Assembly (NCBI GenBank): GCA_965223415.1
Contig: OZ245002.1
Span: 3,584,001 to 3,648,000 of the forward strand
Direction of reading: 5' to 3'
DNA from: Myxococcota bacterium
Lineage (GTDB): Bacteria; Myxococcota_A; UBA9160; UBA6930
DNA length: 64,000 nt
Shown: positions 29,081 to 39,142 of the stretch, in pieces
How positions within the stretch are numbered: position 1 is the first letter of the stretch
Layout of the letters: each line of letters starts with the position of its first letter
Program-made: the position numbers and the translations under genes
Notes under the pieces: model-generated
What the model saw: the letters and a program-made list of their open reading frames with translations, nothing else
Told to the model about the DNA's origin: nothing
The model's database searches: none

Positions 29081-30982
29081 TTAACGGTCGGGGTCGAGGT
29101 AGGTGTATTCCCAGAGGCCCTGATCGTAGCGGCGGCGGAGGAGGCGGGTTTCTTCGAGGGTGATGTGGCCGCGGCGGAGCGCCGTCTCGGTGAGGCGGCG
29201 GACCTTCTCCTTGAGGGCGTTCTGGTCGTATTGGACGTAGGAGAGGACTTCGCGCACGTCGTCGCCCTCGACCACGTGGTCGACTTCGTAGCCCCCGTCG
29301 TCATCGAGGCGAACGTGCACGGCGTCGGTATCGCCGAAGAGGTTGTGGAGATCGCCCAGGATCTCCTGGTAGGCGCCCATCAGGAACATGCCCAGGTAGT
29401 AGGGCTGGCCGTCGAAGGGGTGCAGCTCGAGGACCGTCTTCACGTCGTGGACGTCGATGAACTGGTCGATCTTGCCGTCGCTGTCGCAGGTGAGGTCGGC
29501 GATCACCCCGCGTCGCGTGGGCTCCTCGTCGAGGCGGTGGATCGGGAGGAGCGGGAAGAGCTGCTTCACGGCCCAATGGTCCGGTGCGCTCTGGAAGACC
29601 GACAGGTTGCCGTAGTAGGTGTCGGCGAGGGCCTTCTCGAGCGGCTGCAGATCCTCGGGCACCTCCGACAGCTGCCTCGAGACCCGCTGGATCCGGTCGC
29701 AGCAGGCCCAGAACCAACGCTCGACCCGGGCGCGATCCCGCAGATCGAGCTGGCCGTGGGCGAACAGCGTCGCCGCGTCCTCCTTGAGCTGGACCGCGTC
29801 GTGGTAGCACTCCATCAGGTTCCGGCGGGTGACGCTCTCGAAGGTCTCCTCCAGGTCGCGCAGGATCTTCGGGTCGTCCTCGCCCACGGGCTGGGGACGC
29901 GAGCTGGGCTTTACATCGTTCACGCCCAGCACGTCGAAGATCAGCACCGAGTGGTGGGCGACCATCCAGCGGCCCGCTTCGGTGACGATGTCCGGGTGGG
30001 GGACGTTCTTCTCGTCGCAAGCCTCCTGGATCGCCGCCACCACGTCGTTGGCGTACTCCTGGGCCGTGTAGTTCTTCGACGAGTGGAAGTGGGTGCGCGA
30101 GCCGTCGTAGTCCACCGCCAATCCGCCGCCCACGTCGAAGAGCGTCGGGCGCGCGCCCAGCTCGTGGAGGCCGACGAACACCCGGCTGGCCTCCCGCAGC
30201 GCGTCCTTGTGGGCGCGGATGGTGGTGATCTGGGAGCCGATGTGGAAGTGGAGCAGCTCGAGGGAGCCCAGCAGGTCTTCCTGCCGCAGCCGGTCCACCG
30301 CCTCCACGATCTCGGCGGCGGTCAGCCCGAACTTCGAGCGGTCGCCCGAGGACTCGACCCACTTGCCGGCCCCTTTGGCCGAGAGCTTGGCGCGGATGCC
30401 CAGGTGCGGGCGGATGCCGAGCTCCGCCGCCACCTTGATCACCAGCTCCAGCTCGCGGTAGCGGTCGATCACGATCACCGGCGTGCGGCCGAGCCGCTGG
30501 GCCAGGAGCGCCGTCTCGATGTAGGCGCGGTCCTTGTAGCCGTTGCAGATGATGAGCGCGTCCGGCGTGTCGAGGAGCGCCAGGGCGACGAGCAGCTCGG
30601 GCTTGCTGCCGGCTTCGAGGCCGAGGCGCGCGGCCTCGCCCAGCTCCACCATCTCCTCCACCACGTGCCGCTGCTGGTTCACCTTGATCGGGTAGACGCC
30701 GCGGAAGGCGCCGCCGTAGCCGTACTCCTCCGACGCGGTGCGGAAGGCGCCCACCAGGCTCTCGATGCGGCTCTTCAGGATGTCGGAGAAGCGCACGAGG
30801 AGCGGCGTACGCAGCCCGCGCTGGCGCAGGTCCGTCACGAGGGCGGGCAGGGCGACGGCCGGGCCCGACGGGCCGCGCGGCCGCACCAGCAGGGCGCCGT
30901 CCGGATCCACGTCGAAGTAGCCGCGCCCCCAGCCCGGCACGTTGTAGAGCTCGAGGCTGTCGCGGACGGTCCAGCCGTGCAT
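29081..30982 (-). CDS. speA: Biosynthetic arginine decarboxylase
   Basis: VYPIKVNQ (PLP lysine), GLEAGSKPEL, HFHIGSQI, DVGGGL, TCDSDG, GAYQEILGDLHNLFGD. Confidence 0.97.
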   Translation of the reverse strand: MHGWTVRDSLELYNVPGWGRGYFDVDPDGALLVRPRGPSGPAVALPALVTDLRQRGLRTPLLVRFSDILKSRIESLVGAFRTASEEYGYGGAFRGVYPIKVNQQRHVVEEMVELGEAARLGLEAGSKPELLVALALLDTPDALIICNGYKDRAYIETALLAQRLGRTPVIVIDRYRELELVIKVAAELGIRPHLGIRAKLSAKGAGKWVESSGDRSKFGLTAAEIVEAVDRLRQEDLLGSLELLHFHIGSQITTIRAHKDALREASRVFVGLHELGARPTLFDVGGGLAVDYDGSRTHFHSSKNYTAQEYANDVVAAIQEACDEKNVPHPDIVTEAGRWMVAHHSVLIFDVLGVNDVKPSSRPQPVGEDDPKILRDLEETFESVTRRNLMECYHDAVQLKEDAATLFAHGQLDLRDRARVERWFWACCDRIQRVSRQLSEVPEDLQPLEKALADTYYGNLSVFQSAPDHWAVKQLFPLLPIHRLDEEPTRRGVIADLTCDSDGKIDQFIDVHDVKTVLELHPFDGQPYYLGMFLMGAYQEILGDLHNLFGDTDAVHVRLDDDGGYEVDHVVEGDDVREVLSYVQYDQNALKEKVRRLTETALRRGHITLEETRLLRRRYDQGLWEYTYLDPDR

Positions 30983-31013
30983 CAGCGCGCCTCCGGGCCG
31001 GTCCGTGCTTGCA

Positions 31014-32300
31014 CTAGCTCGCCCCGTGGAGCGGCTGGTCCCGCTCTTCGCCGGTGGCGAGCTCGCGCACCCGCGCCACGCCGCGGCCCAGCTCGTCGGG
31101 GCCGATCAGGTAGACCCGCGCGGCGCCGGCGCGGTCCGCGTCGGCGAGGGCCCGCTTCGGCTTCACCTGGCCGAGCACCAGCTCCACCGACTGCCCCTCG
31201 GTGCGAAGCCGGGCCGCCAGGGCCTGGGCCGCCGGGCGTTCCGCGTCGCCGAAGGGAAACACGACCGCGTCGAGGCCGCGGGGCAGCTCGGGCAGGAGCC
31301 CCTTGTCTGCGAGCAGCTCGCTCACCACCGCGTCGCCGAAGCCGAAGCCCACCGCCGGCACCGGCTTGCCGCCGAGGCTCTCGAGCAGCCGGTCGTAGCG
31401 CCCGCCGCCGCAGATCGAGCGGAGCACGCCGCCCGCGTCGAAGGCTTCGAAGACGATGCCCGTGTAGTAGGCGAGGCCGCGCACCACCGAGGCGTCGAAG
31501 ACCACGCGGTCGGCCAGGCCGTAGCCGTCCAGCAGCTCGAACAGGCGCTCGAGATCGGCCAGGGCCGTCGAGCCGGAGGCGGCGTTGCGCCGCGCCTCCT
31601 CCAGGCCCGAGACCGAGAGCAGCGCCACCGCGTCCTTGGCGTCGGGTCGTGGCAGGCCCACGGGCCCGGCCGCGTCGGCGAGCTGGTCGACCACCGCGTC
31701 GGCGCCGATCTTCGCGAGCTTGTCGATGATCACGCACAGGGGCTCGAAGGCTTCGGGCCGGTCGGCCAGGAAGCGCTCGCGCAGGGTCTCCTCCAGCAGC
31801 GCGCGGCTGTTCAGCTTCATCCGCACGTCGGCGGGCCCGAGGCCCATCGCGTCGGTGGCGGTGAAGACGGCGGCGATCAGCTCGGCCTCCGCCGTGACGC
31901 CGGACTCCCCCCACACGTCCATGTTCCACTGGTAGTGCTCGCGCCGCCGGCCCCGGGTCATGCGCTCGTAGCGCCAGCACTGGGGGATCGAGAACCAGCG
32001 GATCGGCCAGCGCAGGGCACCCTGGCGTGCCATGACCATGCGGGCGAGGGAGGGGGTGAACTCGCTCCGCAGGGCCAGGTGCCGGTCGTGCAGCTCGAAG
32101 TGGTAGAGCTGCTCGACGATCTCCTCGCCGGCCTTGCGCATGTAGAGCTCGGCATGCTCGACAATCGGTGCGTCGACCTCCTCGAAGCCGAAGCGGTGGG
32201 CCACGTCCCGCCACAGTCCGAAGAGCCAGCGGCGCAGGCGCAGGTCCTCCGGGAAGAAGTCCCGGGTTCCGCGGGGAGGCTGGGTGTTGATCTTCGCCAC
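31014..32300 (-). CDS. hisS: Histidine--tRNA ligase
   Basis: PPRGTRDF, RYER, REHYQ, RGLAYYTG, GGGRYD, AVGFGFG. Confidence 0.96.
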   Translation of the reverse strand: MAKINTQPPRGTRDFFPEDLRLRRWLFGLWRDVAHRFGFEEVDAPIVEHAELYMRKAGEEIVEQLYHFELHDRHLALRSEFTPSLARMVMARQGALRWPIRWFSIPQCWRYERMTRGRRREHYQWNMDVWGESGVTAEAELIAAVFTATDAMGLGPADVRMKLNSRALLEETLRERFLADRPEAFEPLCVIIDKLAKIGADAVVDQLADAAGPVGLPRPDAKDAVALLSVSGLEEARRNAASGSTALADLERLFELLDGYGLADRVVFDASVVRGLAYYTGIVFEAFDAGGVLRSICGGGRYDRLLESLGGKPVPAVGFGFGDAVVSELLADKGLLPELPRGLDAVVFPFGDAERPAAQALAARLRTEGQSVELVLGQVKPKRALADADRAGAARVYLIGPDELGRGVARVRELATGEERDQPLHGAS

Positions 32301-32441
32301 GGGCAGTCACTAACACAGTTCCCCGGGGCGGCCAGGTCAAGCCCTCCCGGCGAAGAACCGACATGGGTACGCGGGGTTCCGAGTTTGCTACACCCCCGGC
32401 CCGAGGGCCCTCATGGCCCCGCCAGCGTCCAGGAGACCGCC

Positions 32442-33746
32442 GTGACTCGCCGCCTTCTGCCCGTCCTCTCCCTACCCTTCTGCCTGCTCGTCGGCCTGGC
32501 CCTGGCCTGCGGCTCCGCCGAGGAGGCCCAGGCCCCGGCCGCCAGCGCCCCGGAGCCCGCCCCGGCCCCCGCCGCCCCGGCTCCGGAGCCCGCGTCAGCC
32601 ACCCCGGCCGACCTGCCCCAGGGGCTCCTGGTGGCGATCTCGAAGTTCGAGCGCAAGGACGGCAAGCCCCTTCCCAAGAGCGAGCTGATGGTGCTCGTGC
32701 GGGAGGGCGGCGCCTGGGTGGCCAGCGCCTACGACGATCCGGAGAGCAACGTCTTCCACAAGGCCATGGTCTACGCCCCGCCGGGCCGGGAGCCCGGCGT
32801 ACTCACCCTGGGCGGCACCGGCGCCGTGCTGAAGCTCTGGCGCAAGGGCGAGGACGGCCGCCTGGCGCCGGCCGAGACCCTCTGGCAGGAGGACTTCGGA
32901 GGCAAGTGGAGCCGCATGCGCGACGCGGAGCAGGCGGATCTCTACGGCGACGGCGGGTCCGCCCTGGCGGTGGCGACCCACGATCAGGGTGTGTTCGCCG
33001 TCGTGCGGCCGAAGGCCGGCGGTGGCTGGGACGTGAACAAGATGGACGAGCAGCCGGACAAGTTCATCCACGAGATCGAGATCGGCGACCTCGATGGCGA
33101 CGGTGTGCCCGAGGTGTACGCGACGCCCAGCGACCCGAACAAGCTCGACGGCAAGCCCCAGCACGGCGAGGTGGTGCGCTACGTGCCGGCCGCGAACGAG
33201 GGGCGCGTGGTGGTCGCCGACCTGGGCGGGCGCCACGCGAAGGAGATCCTGGTCGACGACGTGGACGGCGACGGACGCGACGAGCTCTACGTCTCCATCG
33301 AGGCCGCCGAGGGCGGTGACCTGGAGGTGCGCCGCTACGACGCCGGTACCGATCCGGCCGCCGGGCACACCATCGCGACCCTCAGCGATCCGATGGCGCG
33401 CTTCCTCACCGCCGGCGACGTCGAAGGCGACGGCGTCAAGGAGATGGTGGTCGCCGCGAAGGACACGGGCCTGTGGCTGCTGCGGCCCGGCGGGGATCCG
33501 AAGGGCGCCTGGGAGAAGGCGCTGATCGACGCCGACTCGAAGGGCTTCGAGCACGCGGCGCTCCTCGCCGACCTGGACGGCGACGGCAAGGACGAGCTCT
33601 ACGTCGCCAGCGATGACGACAAGGAGCTGCGCCGCTACGTCTGGCAGGACGGCGACTTCCAGCGCGAGGTGATCCACGCCCGCAGCGAGGCCCTTCCCAT
33701 CCTCACCTGGAACCTGATGCCGGTGCCCGTCGAACTCGTGCGTTAG
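32442..33746 (+). CDS. Lipoprotein with FG-GAP/VCBS repeats
   Basis: Lipobox LALAC, Pro/Ala linker, repeats GDLDGDGVPE, DDVDGDGRDE, GDVEGDGVKE, ADLDGDGKDE. Confidence 0.8.
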   Translation: MTRRLLPVLSLPFCLLVGLALACGSAEEAQAPAASAPEPAPAPAAPAPEPASATPADLPQGLLVAISKFERKDGKPLPKSELMVLVREGGAWVASAYDDPESNVFHKAMVYAPPGREPGVLTLGGTGAVLKLWRKGEDGRLAPAETLWQEDFGGKWSRMRDAEQADLYGDGGSALAVATHDQGVFAVVRPKAGGGWDVNKMDEQPDKFIHEIEIGDLDGDGVPEVYATPSDPNKLDGKPQHGEVVRYVPAANEGRVVVADLGGRHAKEILVDDVDGDGRDELYVSIEAAEGGDLEVRRYDAGTDPAAGHTIATLSDPMARFLTAGDVEGDGVKEMVVAAKDTGLWLLRPGGDPKGAWEKALIDADSKGFEHAALLADLDGDGKDELYVASDDDKELRRYVWQDGDFQREVIHARSEALPILTWNLMPVPVELVR

Positions 33747-33909
33747 GCGATCCAGCCTTCGCACCACGCGCACCACCCGGCGAAGACCCCAGCCGAGTGG
33801 GTCCGGAGCCGTGCGCGGGCGTGCAATCCGGTGTCCGCACCCCAAGACGCGGATTCGCGGACTCGGTAGGGATCGCGGGCAGTTACGCCCGCAGGAGATC
33901 CCCGATCCG

Positions 33910-35124
33910 ATGCTTGGCGTTCCGATCCTGGACACCGCCCTCGGCGAGCCCGAACCGGGAATGCCGATCGTGCTCTTCGGTCCGATGGGGTGTGGGCGGA
34001 CGGTGTTCGCGTTGCAGGCGCTGCACGCGGCCGCCGCTCGGGGACGAGCGCGCCCTGCTGCTGACGAGCGAGCCGCCGGCGGTTCTGCTCCGGCAGGCGC
34101 GGGCGCTCGAGCTCGACCTGGAGCCGGCGATCCGCGCCGGGCGGCTGGCGATGGACACGGAGGACGAGCTCGAGAACGCCGGCGCCGTGGCCGAGGCCGC
34201 CGAGGCGGACGGCTTCCCGGTCACCTACCTGGTCGTCGCGCGCCTGGCCCGGGAGCACCCGGAGCTCGCTCGCCGGCTCGTCCGGGAGGGCGAGGTGGGC
34301 AGCCGCGCCGACGGGCACGCGCCCCTGGCGCCCCTCTCCCGAGCCCGGCAACGGGATCGCCTGCGCACCGCCGTGGGCCTCACCGAAGCCGCCGTCGGCA
34401 CCCGCCCCGTGGGCTTCCTTCCTCCCTCCGAGGCCTACGCCGAAGGCACCCAGGCACTCCTCGCCGGGCTGGGCTTCGAGTACCAGCTCGGGGAAGCACT
34501 GCTCGATCGCGCCGTGCCCCGGGTCGAGGAGCTCGGCCCGGGGCCGCGGGCGTTCGTCACGGTTCCGCGCACGACCCCGGATGACGACTTCGAAGTACGC
34601 GGCGGCAACGAGGTTCCGACACGCCTCGCGGAGGCGATGCTCGTTCCGATCGCGCGCAGCCGTCGCGTGGGGGGGCTCCACCATGTCTCGCTCCACACCC
34701 GGACCTTCGGCGCACCGGCCCGGGTGGAGGTCTGCGCCGCCTGGCCCGCGAGCTTCGGGCCCAGGGGGCGTGGCTCGCCACGGGCCGGGAGCTGGCCCGC
34801 TGGGCCCGTGCCACCCACGAAGTCGACGTGGCCTTCCAGGCGCGCGGCCCCCATCGGGTGCGCATTCGCGTCTCCAACCGCGGAGGCGAGACGGTTCACG
34901 GCCTCGCCGTCCGCGTGATCGCGAACCGGCCGATCGTCGGCGGCGAGGTGCACGCCACGGAGGTGATCGAGGCGTTGTTCGCTGCCGGCCCGACGCTGCG
35001 GCCCGCCGGCCAGGACGGTCTCGACCTGCTGCTGCCGGATCTCCGGGCGGGCGCGAGCCGCAGCTACGATCTCGACCTGCAGGAGATCGCGGAGCCTTCC
35101 GCCGCGCGGCACGCGGGCGCGTAG
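33910..35124 (+). pseudogene. Frameshifted fusion remnant: KaiC/RAD55-like ATPase N-terminus joined to a polysaccharide deacetylase-like region
   Basis: LGVPILDTALG..PGMPIVLFGPMGCGRTVFALQ, frameshift near 34045, ERALLLTSEPP..LLRQA, then MDTED..FPVTYLVV..GEVGS..PVGFLPP; further shift near 34730-34830. Confidence 0.65.
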
Positions 35125-35135
35125 AGGAAGCGGCA

Positions 35136-35225
35136 GCCGTCCGCTCGCGTCCGGCGCCGTTCGCCCGCATCCGGTGCCGTTCGCCCGCGTCCGGCGCCGT
35201 TCGCCCGCATCCGGCGCCGTTCGCC
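35136..35225. repeat. 20-bp tandem repeat, about 4.5 copies
   Basis: Unit GCCGTTCGCCCGC(A/G)TCCGG(C/T) starting at 35136 (degenerate), 35156, 35176, 35196 and 35216 (partial). Confidence 0.9.
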
Positions 35226-35364
35226 GGTCCGTCGGTTCGCTCCGGGATGCGGGTACGCGCGGCGGGGCGCCGGGGGCGCGCGAGCGGCGCCCTCGCTCGC
35301 CGGGCGCCGGCACGCGATCTGCACAGGCCTTCGTGACGCCCCACGGTCCCGCTGGAGCGCAACC

Positions 35365-38300
35365 ATGCGCCGATCCGTGCAGGCGGCCCCCTGGCCGTTC
35401 CTCCTCCTCCTCCTCGTCTTCCTCCTCGCCTGTCCCAAGGGCTCCACCATCCCGGCGGGGGACGTCGACTATCAACGTCTCGCGCACCTACCCGTCCCGG
35501 GCGGGGTGGTGAACGGCGCGGGCGGCAACCTGCTGCTGCGGCGGGTCGATCTCTCGATCGATACCCGCCTCGGCACCCGCCGGGTCGGCGCTCGCTACAA
35601 CTCGGTCGACGGGCTCTGGCGCTGGTCCTTCGAGCCCACTTTCGACGGCGCCACCTTCGTCGACGGGAGCGGGGCGCGCCTCGGCGTCGGGGGCGTCGCT
35701 CCCGGCCAGGCCATTCCGGGGACCGAGTGGGTGGTGGTCGACGGGACGACGCTCCAGACGAAGGGCGGCCTCGTTCACGCGTTCCGTCCGGACGGGCAGC
35801 TCGCCCGCATCCACTGGTCGAGCGGTGCCTACCCCTCCCTGGAGCTCGCCTACGCACACAGCGCCGGCGCCGATCGCGCCGTGCGGATCGACCAGTGCAC
35901 CGGACCGGGTGTCTGCAGCCTCGTCTTCGACCTGCAGCGCGACGCCGCAGGACGCGTGGTGGCGATTCAGGACCGCGCCGGCCGCAGCGCCGACTTCGCC
36001 TACGACGCGAGCGGACGACTGGTGGCCGCTCGCGACGGCCTCGACACGGCCAGGGGCTGGAGCGGCCGCTTGTACGGCTACGACGTCGCCGGCCGGCTGG
36101 CGTCGATCACCAACTCCGAGGGCGAGCGCGTCGAGGTCGACCTCGACGCCGCCGGGCGGCTCCTCGAGCTGCGCCAGATCGGCGGCGGCGATCCCACCTG
36201 GCGACTCTCCCACCAGACGTCCTCCCGCCGGACGGAGCTCACCGATCCCACCGGCGCCGTGACGCGGGTGGCCTACGACAGCCGACGCCGCGTCGTCTCC
36301 CGCACCAACGGGGCCGGCGAGGAGACCCTCTTCGAGTGGACGGGCCTGCGACCGACCCGCCGCACGGCGCCCGACGGCACGACGACCGAGTGGACCTGGC
36401 AGAACGACGACATGGCGACGGCGCGCTCTCCGAGCGGGAACGTCGTGACGTTCACCTGGGCGCCCCACGGCGTGAACCGGGCGGATCCCCACCGGCGCGC
36501 CCTGGCCCGTTCCGAGGACGGCCTCGGGCTGATCGAGGAGCGGATCTACGACGCCGCGGGACGCCTCGTCGAGAAGCGCAACGGCGCCGGCGAGGCGACC
36601 ACCTGGGAGTACGGCGCCGACGAGATGGTCGCGCGCAGGACGACACCGGATGGTGTCGTCCTGGACTTCGCGGGCCACGGCGATCACGGCCACCCCACGA
36701 TCGTCACGAACCCCCACGCCACGGTGCACCCGCGCTACGACGCGGTGGGCAACCGCCTCGAGGGCCCGGGCACGGGTGAGGCTGGCGGCAGCGTGGGCGG
36801 CATCGTCGAACGCGCCTTCGACGAGGACCGCAACCTCTCCCAGGTCGTGCTGGCCGACGGCTCCCAGGCAGGGGCGGTGCTGCGGAGCCTGGTCCTCCAG
36901 TACCGCAGCGACCACCAGCGCACGGCGGTCCTGCGCCCCTACGGCGCCGACACGGTCTGGGTCCACGACGCCCACGGCCGCGCGATCGAGCGTCGGGACA
37001 AGAGCCAGGGGGCCTGGGCCTCGACCTCGATCGAGCGCGACCTTCGCGGCCGGGTCGTCGCCCGGGAGCGGCCCAACGGCATGCGGGAGGAGTGGTTCCA
37101 CGACGCCGCCGGGCGCACGATCCGCCACGCGATCCTCCGGGGAGGGCTGCTCGAGAGCGAGGCGTTCTTCGCCTACGCGGCGGGTCGCCTCGTCTCGGTG
37201 AGCGACAGCGCCCACGGGGCCGTGCCGGAGACCCTCAGCTACGACGCCTACGGGCGCCCGGCCCAGGTGAACCACCCCGGTGGCGAGCAGACCTGGCTCG
37301 TCTACGACGCCCGTTCCCGGGTCGTCCTGCGCGGCTTCGGCGACACCGCGACCGGCTTCCTGCGCACGGTCGCGGTGAGCTACGACGCCGCCGGACGCGA
37401 TCGGACACTCTGGGACGGTGCCTCGATGGTTCGGGACCGTCAGTATGCGAACGGGCTCGTCACCCAGGAGAGCTACGGAAACGGCCTGGTGCGTAGCTTC
37501 AGCTACGGGCCGGGCGGCGAGCGCATCGGCGCCGTCACCGTCAACGGGCAGGGCCAGACGATCGAGACCACGGCCGTCACCGAGAGCTGCGCGTTCTTCA
37601 TACCGCTCTGTTGGCACGCGCACACCCAGACGTACGGCGCCGTCTCCGGCGACACCCAGGAGAGCTATCAGCTCCTGGCGGCCACTGACGGCGGACCGGG
37701 GAGCGAAGGCGGCGCGCGCATCGAACGCGGGTTCACCTGGGGCGGCGGCGCCGAGTCCTTCTTCTTCGACGCCCAGAGCAACCGGACCGGCGGCGTGGGC
37801 GCAGCGCCGGTCTGCGGAGGGATCGACACCTGGTCGTTCACCTACGACGCGGAGCGCTCGAGGCTCCTGCAGGCGACGACCGTCACCTGCGGAACCGGAC
37901 ACGCCTATGCCTACGATTCGGCTGGCTTCGTCGTGGACCGCGACGGCGTCTCTCTCGAGTGGGACGGCGCCGGCCGGATCCGCGCCATCGGAGCCGACAC
38001 CTTCGCCTGGGACACGCGGGGACGCCCGCTGTCGCGGACCCTGGGCGGTGTCACCACCACCTGGCGCTTCGGCGGCGCGATCGAGGCCGACGCAGCGGGC
38101 CTGCCCGCCGCCCTCGACCTGGGCGAGGTGCGCATCGCCCTCGGCAGCGGTGCACGGCTCTACCGCCACATGGACTTCCGGCAGAACGTCCGCTTCGTGA
38201 CCGACGACGCCGGGGCGGTGGTCGCCCACTACCGCTACGCGGCGTACGGGGTGCAGAGCGTGATCGGCGATGCCAGCGCCGATCCGGTGCGACGCTTCGC

Positions 38301-38862
38301 CCAGGGACACGACCTGGGTGGCCTCGTCCTCCTCGGGCACCGCGTACTCGACCCGGACGTCGGCCGCTTTCTGGCGCCGGACCCGGTCTTCCAGCTGATC
38401 AACCAGTACACCTACACGATCGGCAACCCGATCGACTTCTGGGATCCGTCGGGTCGGTTCCAGGTCAAGGTCTCGACCGGTCTGGCGGTCGTGGCCATCG
38501 CGGTCGGCCTCGCCGGCACCTTCGCGACCGCGCCGGTGTGGGCTGTCGGGCTCGGCCTCGCGAGCGCGGGGCTCTCGATCGCCTCGCTCGTAGTAGCGGA
38601 GTTCGAGGGCGTCCCGAATCCCGAGCCCGGCTCGACCCCCCAGTGCGGCTGCGGCCCGCCCGGTCCTCCCCGGGGGCCCCCGGGCGGCAGCCCCGGGTCT
38701 GGCGGTGGCGACGAGGCCGGCGCTGATGGCGAGGGCTCGGGCGGATCCGGCGGCACCATGATCAAGACCCTCACCATCGAGGTCGCTCCGGGCGGCAGCC
38801 TGGGGTTCGACTGGAGCTTCGCCCTCGGTGTCGCACTGCAACTCGGAGGATTGAACCTGTGA
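35365..38862 (+). CDS. RHS/YD-repeat protein with lipoprotein signal and C-terminal variable domain (putative polymorphic toxin)
   Basis: MRR..LLLLLVFLLAC lipobox; many YDAxGR repeats; Rhs core PDVGRFLAPDPV..NQYTYTIGNPIDFWDPSG; 135-aa tail. Confidence 0.9.
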   Translation: MRRSVQAAPWPFLLLLLVFLLACPKGSTIPAGDVDYQRLAHLPVPGGVVNGAGGNLLLRRVDLSIDTRLGTRRVGARYNSVDGLWRWSFEPTFDGATFVDGSGARLGVGGVAPGQAIPGTEWVVVDGTTLQTKGGLVHAFRPDGQLARIHWSSGAYPSLELAYAHSAGADRAVRIDQCTGPGVCSLVFDLQRDAAGRVVAIQDRAGRSADFAYDASGRLVAARDGLDTARGWSGRLYGYDVAGRLASITNSEGERVEVDLDAAGRLLELRQIGGGDPTWRLSHQTSSRRTELTDPTGAVTRVAYDSRRRVVSRTNGAGEETLFEWTGLRPTRRTAPDGTTTEWTWQNDDMATARSPSGNVVTFTWAPHGVNRADPHRRALARSEDGLGLIEERIYDAAGRLVEKRNGAGEATTWEYGADEMVARRTTPDGVVLDFAGHGDHGHPTIVTNPHATVHPRYDAVGNRLEGPGTGEAGGSVGGIVERAFDEDRNLSQVVLADGSQAGAVLRSLVLQYRSDHQRTAVLRPYGADTVWVHDAHGRAIERRDKSQGAWASTSIERDLRGRVVARERPNGMREEWFHDAAGRTIRHAILRGGLLESEAFFAYAAGRLVSVSDSAHGAVPETLSYDAYGRPAQVNHPGGEQTWLVYDARSRVVLRGFGDTATGFLRTVAVSYDAAGRDRTLWDGASMVRDRQYANGLVTQESYGNGLVRSFSYGPGGERIGAVTVNGQGQTIETTAVTESCAFFIPLCWHAHTQTYGAVSGDTQESYQLLAATDGGPGSEGGARIERGFTWGGGAESFFFDAQSNRTGGVGAAPVCGGIDTWSFTYDAERSRLLQATTVTCGTGHAYAYDSAGFVVDRDGVSLEWDGAGRIRAIGADTFAWDTRGRPLSRTLGGVTTTWRFGGAIEADAAGLPAALDLGEVRIALGSGARLYRHMDFRQNVRFVTDDAGAVVAHYRYAAYGVQSVIGDASADPVRRFAQGHDLGGLVLLGHRVLDPDVGRFLAPDPVFQLINQYTYTIGNPIDFWDPSGRFQVKVSTGLAVVAIAVGLAGTFATAPVWAVGLGLASAGLSIASLVVAEFEGVPNPEPGSTPQCGCGPPGPPRGPPGGSPGSGGGDEAGADGEGSGGSGGTMIKTLTIEVAPGGSLGFDWSFALGVALQLGGLNL

Positions 38863-39119
38863 GCGACGATGGGAACCGACGGACCGGAGGTGTGCGCCGC
38901 GGCCAGGCGGGGCCCCTGATCGGGCTCGCCGCCACCCTGGTGGTGCTGGGGCAGCTGCGTCACCTGGAGCTGACGTCCGACGGGGGGATGGTCTGGACCC
39001 TCTCCCTGGGCCTCGTCCTCGCGGGATTGGGCCTGCTCAACCTGGTGGTCTGGATGCTCTACCGCGAGGTCCGGAGGCTCCAAGACGAGAGGGAGCTCGA
39101 AGCGCGCACCCGCCGCTGA
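38859..39119 (+). CDS. Small two-TM membrane protein, candidate immunity protein
   Basis: GTGA overlap with the Rhs stop, GGAGG about 9 nt upstream, two hydrophobic helices. Confidence 0.6.
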   Translation: MSDDGNRRTGGVRRGQAGPLIGLAATLVVLGQLRHLELTSDGGMVWTLSLGLVLAGLGLLNLVVWMLYREVRRLQDERELEARTRR

Positions 39120-39142
39120 GGCGCCGTGGCCCGGGGCGGCCG

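Noticed and set aside
35136..35225. CRISPR array
   Set aside because: Units are contiguous with no unique spacers, and no cas genes are present
35401..35415. (CTC)5 run in the Rhs signal peptide as a phase-variation tract
   Set aside because: Encodes poly-Leu of the h-region; triplet slippage would not shift the frame
35488..38841. Long antisense and alternate-frame ORFs (also 43327-46446, 39368-42445, 25541-28333, 7237-9522)
   Set aside because: Shadow ORFs expected in high-GC DNA; they overlap well-supported genes and carry no motifs
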